This document shows positions 34,830 through 45,573 of a stretch of DNA of 64,000 nt, piece after piece. Positions within the stretch are counted from its first letter, which is position 1. Every line of letters starts with the position of its first letter. The DNA lies in the NCBI GenBank assembly GCA_002269645.1, contig NIVC01000455.1, positions 410,246-474,245 of the forward strand. The letters run 5' to 3'. This stretch comes from Macrostomum lignano. Taxonomy: Eukaryota. Below the pieces are notes generated by a model. It did not search any database. It was not told the DNA's origin and saw only the letters and a program-made list of their open reading frames with translations. A program made the position numbers and the translations under genes.

Positions 34830-35562
34830 CTTGTATAGCTGCACTGTGTGCTCAGGACCCAAGTACTCAGCGAATTTACCTGCACTTCAGTTTTCTGTAG
34901 GAGAACCTCTGTCAGCAGATGGACTGGAATACTCCATGTGCAATTAGAACTGCTGCAGACTTACTCGTATTCCGTTTTATCCAGCTCGACAAAGGTCAAA
35001 TGAGGAAGATCGAGTGTTTTTCTTTGCGTATAAAATGGTGCTCTTCAGTGAGCAGCAGGGTTGCATTTGCATGTACATTTGTGTGTGCCCGAGTAAGTTA
35101 TTGAGCCAATATAACCTTTTCCGCTTGCAAATATAATTAGAGATGGCATAAATGCTCCCAACTCATACATTTGCTGGCTTATCAGCTGTTCCGCTCTTTT
35201 TACATATATTATCCGTCCTTCTCATCCCGCACTGCTGAAAAGGATTCGGGAACTTCGGGGACTGGGAGGTGTGCTGCGGGGGACCTGCATGTTAGGCATT
35301 GGTGCCGCCACAGGCCTCTGGTGACAGATCAGCCGCCCTGATTGAAGACATTGAAGTGGCGTTGGGTTCTGAAGGCAAGGGCAAAGCTCTGTCTGTATCG
35401 ACTTCCCCTGCTACTTGAGTTTCTTTGCTCGCATCCGGGCCGTTGTGAACAATGGAGCAGGCCTGATGCCATTTGCCACTCTAGAGAGGCACTCTAGTGA
35501 CCAGTTAACTGGGGGAGATCAGACATGACGGCAGATGGAGTCGCCGGTTGCGGAAGCCGCAT

Positions 35563-35731
35563 GCAGTTGCGGCACCGGAAGCAGCCGCAAGGATAGCCTT
35601 CGGTCTGCGCCGATGGTAGACATTGCGGCACTCCTGACAGACCAGCGCTGACCCGGCCGGTTCGGCCGCCTTCTGACGGCATTTCTGACAGGCGCCGGAT
35701 GGCGCGGACCGGCACGGCCAGGTGTCCCGAG
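35563..35731 (-). pseudogene. Dead duplicate of the Polycomb-like PHD1 exon segment
   Basis: Closely similar to 46823-47010 ([37 protein letters not shown]) but with a 22-nt deletion between GCC microhomologies and a 6-nt insertion; it diverges after CRNC. Confidence 0.85.
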
Positions 35732-36707
35732 CTTCTTCTTCTTCTTCGGGCGTGCTCGGGCCAGGGCCCATGGCACCGGGCGTCAGACGGCGCCCGCCTT
35801 CCCGAGGAAGTTCAACACCGCGACGCAGTTCTCGAAAACTGCCGCGAGCTCCGGGCTTGGCCCCCAGAGGCGGCAGCGGTGTGGAGTCAGGGCGGGGCAG
35901 GAGATTAGCAGATGGGCCGCCGTCTCCTCTCCATCGCCACAGAAGCGGCAGGTGGGGGCCACATCAACACCGATGGCGGCCTGGAAGCCTCGCAAGGCCG
36001 GGCAGCGGTCGGCGCGCAGCTGGCAGATCAGCCGCTCCTGCCGCCGCGTGAGGTCACTCGTCGGCTGAGGCGGCAGGCGGCCCGCCGTGCAGGCAAGGTG
36101 CCAGGCAAGCGAGCTCGTGCTCGCCGCCTCGGTGGCCGCCGCGTTGTAGATCTGGTGCCAGCGGGCGAGGCAGTGGCGGCGGACGGCAGCCTGCGCGGCA
36201 GCCAACGGCACGGGCGCGGTGCCTTGCGCCAGCGAGGAGCCTCGCTTGGCGATCTCGTCCACGGCCTCGTTGCCGGGGATTCCCGCGTGGCCAGGCACCC
36301 AGCTGGCCTCCCGGGGGACCTGCCGGAGGCCCGGAGAGCCGCGGCGGAGCAGACGCTTGCCGCCCTGCCGCCCGCTGGCACCGTGGTCTGGACCGACGGA
36401 GCGGCGAAGGATGGCATCCTGGACGGCGGCAGCGGCATCCTGGTCGAGCCCAACACCACGCTGTGCGTCGCTGCTGGCCACGTGACGTCCAGCTTCCGCG
36501 CCGAGTTAGTGGCCATCGCTGAGGCCCTTCGGTGGGTGCTCGCGGCCCCGGACCCGGGAGAGCTGTCGGTCCGCATCTGCTCTGACTCCCTGAGCCCGCT
36601 AAGCGCGCTCGCGTCCGGCCCCGGGTCGACGGGCGCCACGATGATCGACGCCGTCTGGGCCAGCCTCGTCGACCTCGAGGCCCGAGGAACCTCGGTCCAC
36701 CCCCAGT
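35732..36707 (-). mobile_element. 5'-truncated, 5'-inverted RNase H-bearing LINE (I/Loa/R1-like) with a (GAA)n tail
   Basis: Minus strand 36301-35783: WVPGHAGIPGNEAVDEIAK (RNase H C-half), then CRFCGDGEETAAHLLISC (CCHC finger), stop, short UTR and (GAA)5 tail. Plus strand ~36302-36707: VVWTDGAAK..SSFRAELVAI..ICSDSLS..SVHPQ (RNase H N-half). Confidence 0.9.
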
Positions 36708-36728
36708 CTGGCAGTCTGTCTGTCTGTA

Positions 36729-36783
<55 letters not shown>

Positions 36784-36828
36784 ATGTCTGTCTGTCTGTC
36801 TGTCTGTCTGTATGTCTGTCTGTCTGTA

Positions 36829-36859
<31 letters not shown>

Positions 36860-37010
36860 TTTAGTGTCTGTCTTTCTGTCTGTCTTAGTGTCTGTCTGTC
36901 TGTCTGTCTGTCTGTGTGTCTGTCTGTGTGTCTGTCTGTGTGTCTGTCTGTGTGTCTGTCTGTGTCTGTCTGTGTGTCTGTCTGAGTCTGTCTGTCTTTG
37001 TTTCTGTCTA
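36708..37010. repeat. (TCTG)n microsatellite with TGTG/TATG variants
   Basis: Direct reading. Confidence 0.97.
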
Positions 37011-37330
37011 TCAGGGATGCAGCCATTCAGTGCATTTGAAGGATCAGGGATGCAGCCATTAAGTGCAACTGAAGGATCAGGGATGCAGCCATTCAGTGCA
37101 ACTGAAGGATCAGGGATGCAGCCATTCAGTGCAACTGAAGGATCACGGATGCAGCTATTCAGTGCAACTGAAGGATCAGGGATGCAGCTATTCAGTGCAA
37201 CTGAAGGATCAGGGATGCAGCCATTCAGTGCAACTGAAGGATCAGGGATGCAGCCATTCAGTGCAACTGAAGGATCAGGGATGCAGCCATTCAGTGCAAC
37301 TGAAGGATCAGGGATGCAGTAATTCAGTGC
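37011..37330. repeat. 33-bp minisatellite CAGGGATGCAGCCATTCAGTGCAACTGAAGGAT (~9-10 copies)
   Basis: Period 33; a decayed copy recurs at ~37610-37690 in reverse orientation. Confidence 0.95.
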
Positions 37331-37369
37331 AAATATCAGAGAGCTCGATCGGTGACCCACTAGCCACTA

Positions 37370-37580
37370 GGTCGCTAGCCCACACGAGGCGGATAATGGC
37401 AGTGTAGATCCACCACAGCTTCCTGGGGGTGAGTCCCCAGGTGGTGTTCACCGCGCCTGATATGATCTGAGCCAGGACAGGCAGGGCTTTTTTAGCTTTA
37501 GCTTGGATGTATAGGAAATCCAGTTCGGCCTGCGTCAGAGTGAGGCCCAGGCAGTGGACCTGCTTCTCCATAGAAATGTC
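37370..37580 (-). mobile_element. LINE RT thumb-region fragment (I/R1-like)
   Basis: KQVHCLGLTL...KAKKAL...TWGLTPRKLWWIYTAIIR resembles the YLG...WGL..IY motifs that follow non-LTR RT domain 7. Confidence 0.6.
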
Positions 37581-38625
37581 CTTTCCATAGAGGTTGAGGC
37601 TGCATCTCTAGCCTGATCCTTCAGTTCGTCTGAGTGGCTGCATCCCTGATTCTTAGTAGTACTGAATGGTTGCATCGTTGATCCTAATTGCATGGGGTGG
37701 CATGGGCCTTGTGGATGGATCTTTAGATGCGCTATCGCCCTCTTTGCATTTCGCTCTGTTTACTTAGTTTATTTTTTCAAGAAGCTACCCTCGTACATGT
37801 ATAGGTTTAGACCGTGTACAGTCGCTATTGTTTGCATCCTGAGGAAAATGATTTTTTACACAAGAAGCATCAGCCCCGAAAGCCAGCTATGTAGTCTCAC
37901 TGTGAGCCTTCCTTTTGCGTCATGGCTTAGCCGCTTAATCCTCATCATCACTTTGATGCAATTTAGGTTTGGCTTGACGAAACAACCAATTTAAATTGAT
38001 CGCGCATAGGCATCTCAGCAACACCTCGTGAGCCACAGCATGTATACTTTCGACGCTGCCGGTGTTACACTTTAGACTATCCGGGGTTTTTTGTCTGGCC
38101 CGGATATCAGAAAGCACTTACGATATCCGCCCGGATACTGCCAAGCAAAAAACCTGCTTTATTTTCTCCTACCCAGATATCTTGAGCTGATTTGCAATAT
38201 CCGGGCACTTTGAGGTGCCTCTCCCGGACATCCTACGGCACTAACTCTGCTATCCGGCCCGGAGATCACAAGAAGTGGAAGTTGTCTTGGGACCCCGGTG
38301 ATATTAAGACCCCGGTGAACAGAAAGCCTAACACCGGTATTCTTTCAAACAATTTTAATCCATTGATTTTTACTGTGCCAGCACGTTCTACAGTAAACTA
38401 GATCAATTATCATATGCGTGTGTGTGCTGTCTAAGTCACCTTAATTTGCGTGTGTACTAGGAAGAGGAGACCGCTCCCCAGGGTGTCTGGCCGGCGATCA
38501 GCGCGAACCTGCAATATAGCCAGGAGAGTTGAGAAGCAGGTCATGAGGCTGAAGCTTTGTTTCATCGATAGCCGCCACGTCATTATGTTGTTACAGGCGG
38601 AGAAGCTCAGTAAATTTGTTTACAG

Positions 38626-38957
38626 CTCCATTACGAAAGCGAAGGCCAGCCGAGGAAGAGGCCTTTGCGGATACAGGCTTTGCAGTTTCAGGCCAAGCGG
38701 ACGCGGAGCCACGAGGCCGGAGGGTGTCCAGCGACAGAGATGGGCCCCGCGGCGGGCCGGGTGGTCGGGGTACAGAGCCCAGCACGGCCCTGGAGTCGCT
38801 GTGCTGGCAACGAAGGAGCCTAGTCCTATGTACGCGCTGGACAGGACTAGCAGTGTTCGGCTGGGACAGGCTGACTCGACATGGCGAACTTGACGGCTTG
38901 GGGGCGGGGCATGTCCTGAGCGTGAATGAATCCAGAGCAGGCCGCACTGTGACTTAG
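38626..38957 (+). CDS. Possible exon of an unknown gene
   Basis: GC-rich island after TTTACAG with open frame APLRKRRPAEEEAF...ALESLCWQRRSLVLCTRWTGLAVFGWDRL; no family recognised. Confidence 0.25.
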
Positions 38958-39351
38958 TGATCAAGGACTACTTAAGTTATTCATTTTTCGCGCTATAGTA
39001 ATTATTTTTACAATTATACCAACAGCTACATCCATGTAAAGCAGTCGGCCTTTTCTAGAACTTCTACTATTCGAGAGTGTAACGTCCTGAGTTGTTAATT
39101 AGTCTTTGTTAGTGACACGATGAACTTTACAACAGTTTGCATGAACTGAATTTTAGACCAGCCAGTGGCGCGTCTGATCGCTATTTTTTCGACAGGCTTA
39201 GTGACTTGAATGAACTTGTATTCACCCTCAAGCTATGCGCGCCTGGTCTGCTCCCACCATCACTTTGCAAACTAATAAATAGCCAGCCAAGCTCTCACGT
39301 GAGCACTTTCTCACTCCAACATTACTGCCTCAGTTATTGAAGTTATCACAG

Positions 39352-39479
39352 GCCACTCGCCCTGGCCCGTTGTGGAACTGCTCGAAGACGAACACCAATC
39401 GGTGCATGCAGCCTTCGAAGAGGTGCCGCTACTTTGGCAGCCCTGGACCGACCTGAAGAATGCCCGGGAAATCCAGTAA
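39352..39479 (+). CDS. Possible small exon of an unknown gene
   Basis: After ATCACAG, reads HSPWPVVELLEDEHQSVHAAFEEVPLLWQPWTDLKNAREIQ* with C/G-ending codon bias like the real exons here; possible donor GTAAC at 39476. Confidence 0.3.
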
Positions 39480-39555
39480 CATGTACATAATATCGGTTAG
39501 CCACGGTACGCATCTTGTAATTAGTTTCTGCAGTGCCTAGAGTTCAGCGCTCGGC

Positions 39556-40482
39556 ATCACACTCAGCATCCCTCAGATCCCAAGCATCACCCCCAGATCC
39601 CTCAGCATCCCTATATCCCTCAGCATCCCCCATATCCCTAGCATCCCCCCAGATCCCTAGCATCCCCCATATCCCTCAGCATCCCCCCAGATCCCTAGCA
39701 TCCCCCATATCCCTCAGCATCCCCCATATCCCTCAGGATCCCCCATATCCCTCAGCATCCCCCAGATCCCTCAGGATCCCCCATATCCCTCAGCATCCCC
39801 CATATCCCTCAGCATCCCCCAGATCCCTCAGCATCCCCCAGATCCCTCAGCATCCCCATATCCCTCAGCATCCCCCAGATCCCTCAGCATCCCCAGATCC
39901 CTCAGGATCCCCCAGATCCCTCAGCATCCCCCAGATCCCTCAGCATCCCCCAGATCCCTCAGCATCCCCCATATCCCTCAGCATCCCCCAGATCCCTCAG
40001 CATCCCCCAGATCCCTCAGCATCCCCCAGATCCCTCAGCATCCCCCAGATCCCTCAGCATCCCCCAGATCCCTCAGCATCCCCCAGATCCCTCAGCATCC
40101 CCCAGATCCCTCAACACCCCCAGATCCCTCAGCATCCCCCAGATCCCTCAGCATCCCCCAGATCCCTCAGCATCCCCCATATCCCTCAGCATCCCCCAGA
40201 TCCCTCAGCATCCCCCAGATCCCTCAGCATCCCCCATATCCCTCAGCATCCCCCAGATCCCTCAGCATCCCCCAGATCCCTCAGCATCCCCCATATCCCT
40301 CAGCATCCCCCAGATCCCTCAGCATCCCCCAGATCCCTCAGCATCCCCCATATCCCTCAGCATCCCCCAGATCCCTCAGCATCCCCCATATCCCTCAGCA
40401 TCCCCCATATCCCTCAGCATCCCCCAGATCCCTCAGCATCCCCCATATCCCTCAGCATCCCCCAGATCCCTCAACACCCCCA
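39556..40482. repeat. 19-bp minisatellite CCCTCAGCATCCCCCA(G/T)AT (~48 copies)
   Basis: Period 19; the 330-aa ORF here simply cycles through three frames every 57 nt. Confidence 0.97.
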
Positions 40483-40904
40483 GATCACTCTGCATCTCCA
40501 AATCCTTCACAGCCTCCCATACTGACACGGCAAAATAAACTCGAATTTGGAACTCAACTTCAGTATATTTTTCAGAGTTTCTTGGCTCTTCTCACAATTA
40601 GCCCGAAGCGGGGCTAACAAATGGCCGAAGACCTTATGAAAATATAACAGTAACAATAAATGGCAGAGCTTAATGATAAGCGTGCATTCGAATAAGCAGG
40701 CTATGATGGGAAAGGTGCAATTCCAAATAGCATCCAGGATCAGTACACAGAGCATACAGCTAAAGTGAGACGCAGTCTGAGGCCCATCGGACAATAACAA
40801 AGGAGAGCGCCTGGAGCCAACTCCGGGACAGGACAGGTGTTTGGCTTTTAACAAAAGAGACTACAAGAGCTAATTTTTGTAAATCATAAACTAGGCTGTC
40901 AAGC

Positions 40905-41450
40905 AGCGCACAATGTACATTCCATCACTATACAGTCCGTCTATTTGATTGGCTGCACAATGTACATTCCATCGCTAATCAGTCTACTTGATTGGCTGCA
41001 TAATGTACATTCCATCGCTAATCAGTCTACTTGATTGGCTGCATAATGTACATTCCATCGCTAATCAGTCTATTTGATTGGCTGCACAATGTACATTCCA
41101 TCGCTAATCAGTCTACTTGATTGGCTGCATAATGTACATTCCATCGCTAATCAGTCTACTTGATTGGCTGCATAATGTACATTCCATCGCTAATCAGTCT
41201 ATTTGATTGGCTGCACAATGTACATTCCATCGCTAATCAGTCTACTTGATTGGCTGCATAATGTACATTCCATCGCTAATCAGTCTACTTGATTGGCTGC
41301 AAAATGTACATTCCATCGCTAATAAGTCTATTTGATTGGCTGCACAATGTACATTCCATCGCTAATCAGTCTATTTGATTGGCTGCGCAATGTACATTCC
41401 ATCGCTAATCAGTCTACTTGATTGGCTGCACAATGTACATTCCATCGCTA
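40905..41450. repeat. 43-bp minisatellite TTGATTGGCTGCATAATGTACATTCCATCGCTAATCAGTCTAC (~12-13 copies)
   Basis: Period 43 (40988, 41031, ...). Confidence 0.97.
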
Positions 41451-42271
41451 AAGACTATTTCAAAACGGGTTAAGAGTGCCGCGTATTGCTAACACCGAAT
41501 GTAAAGCAGGGCCCGGCACCGCAATAACAAAAGCAGCACTGACTACTCAGATGAACTCTACAGACCAGTAGTATACAGTGAAGCGCACAAAACACGCAGT
41601 GAAAACTTCAGAAAACGCAATTCTCCTTGGCAACAGAAGACAAAGGACAATTGCTTGTTATAAAAAATCAGCTAGGAAATTGTAGGCTGAAGAGTCAACT
41701 GTGTGGGGGCAGCCAGTCGTTATCAGGGATAACGTTTAGATAATCAAATCAAGGGCAAAAGCAGTCCGCATAAACACGATTTAATTTATTAGAGCATCGA
41801 GAGCTGATCAAAAAACTTTACTAAAGGACACAAAACCAAAAAATGCAAGTAAGGCTTACAGTGCATTTAAATTAAAGAGAGAAAAGTTCATTGAATGGCT
41901 AAGCACAAGATGCAGTTCATTGTACACTAGCAGCAGGCCTATCTGCTGCAGAATGTTATTCGTGTGGCACAGGCAGTCATCAGTTGTACTATTATTAAAA
42001 AGACAGACGGGACAGTGACAGACTGGGGCTGAATGGATTATCCAAGTCACAGCGCTCGTAATAGGCGGATTAAAGGGTTTAGGAGTATCGGAATAGAAAG
42101 GCAAACAAGCTTAATGTTTAGCATGGCTAGATTTCTCTTAGCTCTAAAAAATATACAAGTTAAATATGATTCTTTCACCAAACTAACGTGCCGCAAATAT
42201 GTATCATCAAGTACAAGGCACTTATAAAACAAGAACGTGCATGCCCGGATGCTAATCTGACCTGTTAGACT

Positions 42272-42519
42272 CCTAGCCAATTAGACACAGCACAGTCATT
42301 ATTGCTCCTTCTGACCAATCAGAGAGTAGCACAGACCCTATTGCTCCTCCTGACCAATCAGAGGGTAGCACAGACCCTATTGCTCCTCCTGACCAATCAG
42401 AGGGTAGCACAGTCCTAATTGCTCCTCCTGACCAATCAGAGGGTAGCACAGTCCTAATTGCTCCTCCTGACCAATCAGAGGGTAGCACAGTCCTAATTGC
42501 TCCTCCTGACCAATCAGAG
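42272..42519. repeat. 39-bp minisatellite containing TGACCAATCAGAG (6 good copies and 1 decayed)
   Basis: Period 39; lies ~70 nt downstream of the Pcl stop codon. Confidence 0.95.
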
Positions 42520-42590
42520 TCACTAATCCTCAATCAAGTAAAGGTACTGATTATTACATCGAAAAAAAACAACCAAAAATATGCTAAAAA

Positions 42591-44820
42591 TCACCACCAG
42601 CGGAACAGCGAGTCAACGGTTGTCTTCCCGTCGGGCAGACGCCTTTCCCTGGTGCCCATCAGCTGGCCTATCAGTAGTTTCCTTGGCGAGCCCTGTCTGG
42701 ACCGGCAGGCCACGTCTAGCCGAGCCTCCAGTTCAGACAGCTTTGCTGGCAGCTCCGGTGGCGGTGGCGGCGGCATGAGGGCGTGCACCTGCAGCCAGAG
42801 AGACCGCCTGACGCGGACGTCGGTGTGCACCGGCAGCTCCCAGGGCAGGCGGAACGGGTGTCGCTGGGCGGGCGGAATGAAGGACAGCACGGAGGCGGCG
42901 CTGTCGGCCACCGAACGGATCGGCGGCGAAGGCAGTGTCGGTGAACAAGTCGACGACGACGGCTGGGCGGACGGCGCCGATGCGCGGGACGCCGTTGAAG
43001 AGCCGCGAGGCCGGCCGGGCCCAGAGGCACTTCGGCGAGACTTTGGCGGCCGACGTCGGGACGGTGGTGGCGGCGGCGGCTTCGGCTGCGTAGACGGCCG
43101 GTCAACAACATCGCCGCCAACATCGTCTCGGCCGGAATCGTCCGGGACGCCAGCAGCGGCTGCCGATGCGTCGGGAGCGGCAGCGCCGGCTGTAGAAGCG
43201 GCGGATTTGGCGTCCTCGTCGTCATCGATATCATCTCGGCCGTCGCCGTCTTCGATATACCCGACGGAGTCCAGGTCGCTAGAATTCAGCCGCAGCCGTT
43301 GCTGCTGACGTCGCCGCTGCTGTTGCTGCTGAAGTCGGACGGTGCTGGCACTGGGCGGACGGCCTCGACCACGACGCTGACGGCCTTCGACGACCGGCCG
43401 AGGCCGACGGGAGCCGCCAACACCGCGGACAACAAAATCCTCGTCGCCGCTGTCGTCCTCGGAGGTGTTGAAGTCAGCACTGTGGTAGGACTGCTCATCG
43501 CTGTCGCTGTCCAGAATGCCAGACCGGCGAACCTTCGCCAGCTCTCCGTCGCTGTCCTCGACCAGCTGCTGGCGTCTCGGCGCTGCCTGGCGCTGCCGTT
43601 GAGGCTTCCTGCCGCGCCGCCGCTTGCTGGCGGGCTGTTGCTCGGCGTCCTCGTCAGCGGCGACTCGTTTGGCGCCTCGAGCTGCCGCTGCTGCCGATGT
43701 CGACGCGGGCTGGTCAGGGCGCCGGCGTGGCAGGTTCAGCAGCGGGCGGCCGCGGCGGCGCTGCTGCTGCTGCAAATTGCGGCGCTGCTGCCTGCCGAAC
43801 TGAGCTCGCCTGGAGGGTCGGCGGTTCGAGTCGTTATATGGGGTCTGAATGGATTGGAATCCGCACCATCGCTAATCCCCAGCATCACTAATCCCCAGCA
43901 TCACTAATCCCCAGCATCGCTAATCCGCACTATCACTAATCCCCAGCATCGCTAATCCGCACTATAACTAATCCCCAGCATCACTAATCCGCACCACCAC
44001 TAATCGCTAGCATCACTAATCCCCAGCATCACTAATCCGCACCATCACTAATCCCCAGCATCACTAATCCGCACCATCACTAATCCCAAGCATCGCTAAT
44101 CCCTAGCATCACTAATCCCCAGCATCACTAATCCCAAGCATCGCTTATCCCTAGCATCACTAATCCGCACCATCACTAATCCCCAGCATCCGCTCACCCA
44201 GCCGTCAGCGCCTGGGACGCGGCGGACGAGGACTGCGGCGAGCCGGCGGATTTCAAAGAAGCCATGTCGGCGCCGCTGCTGCCAGGCTTAAAATCGGCGT
44301 CCTGCAGCTGGTCGTCTCCGACATCCAAGCAGCTGTCTTCACTGTTGGAGCCGCTGTCAGCTTCTGGTTTGGCGAAGGCTTTGCGAGCTTTCGAGTTCAA
44401 ATTATTGTTATTAGCAACGGAGTTCGGCTTCAAGGAGACGGCAGCCGCGGTGGCGGCGGCGATGGCGTCGGCCTCCTCGGGGCCGGGCGCGGCCGGGTCC
44501 CGCAGCAAGGCCGGCGGAAGGTCGCCGCGCGGCGGCGCATAGGAGATGCGGGCGGCCCAGTTGACGCGGGCCAGGTGGCTGCCCGGCTGCGGCGGCGTCA
44601 CCACGGGGGGCCGCAGCGGGCAGATCGGCCGGTACAGCGTGTCGCCCGTTGTCATGACAACCGGCTGGAAACGCTTGGTGTGGCTGGACAAGGACTGGAC
44701 CACCTGGACATGAAAAAGGAAATTGCGGACCAAACTGGAGTTAAATGGGATTAGGATTTGACTTGGAGAGATCTGGTACACAGGACAGACGAACGGACAC
44801 AGACGGACAGACAGAGAGAA

Positions 44821-44885
<65 letters not shown>

Positions 44886-44920
44886 GGCAGACAGACAGAC
44901 AGACAGACAGACAGAGATAA

Positions 44921-44992
<72 letters not shown>

Positions 44993-45340
44993 CAGTCGCA
45001 ATGCAGCCAGAAGCCGTACCTGAGTCTCCAGATCGGCCATCCGCAGGTTGGAGACGTACAGCCGGTGCCACACGGAGCGCAGCCAGGGCGTGACGTGCCG
45101 GGCCCAGTGAAATCCGGAGCCCTCGCTGGTGGCAGCCAGGTTCAGCAGGCCCATGTGCACCAGCTCCGGCCAGCGCAGCGGCAGGCGGTGCACGAACTCC
45201 GTGCCGGGCTGCGGCTCGAACTCGTTGCAGCAGGCGCACAGAAATGCGTAGAAACTGGCGGAGGGGGGAGGTAGAAAGCGGCTGCTTGGAGACTGGTGGA
45301 TAGCGGGATGGGTGGCTGCCTGCCCATCTGCCTGTCTGCC

Positions 45341-45373
<33 letters not shown>

Positions 45374-45436
45374 TTATCTCTGTCTGTCTGTCTGTTTGCC
45401 TGCCTGTCTGTCTGTCTGCCTGTCTGTTTGCCTGCC

Positions 45437-45477
<41 letters not shown>

Positions 45478-45520
45478 GCCTGCCTTCCTGTCTGTTTGCC
45501 TGCCTGCCTGCCTGCCTGCC

Positions 45521-45573
<53 letters not shown>

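Noticed and set aside
36028-37407. ORFs with QTDR, SVCL or [11 protein letters not shown] repeats (also 44745-45763 and 47251-47712)
   Set aside because: They are translations of (GACA/TCTG)n and the 33-bp minisatellite.
37980-38380. Cluster of TATCCGG/CCGGATA words, possibly a MITE remnant
   Set aside because: No terminal inverted repeats or TSD could be defined.
39533-40525. 330-aa Pro/Ser/Gln-rich ORF
   Set aside because: It is the 19-bp repeat read through three frames and lacks an ATG start.
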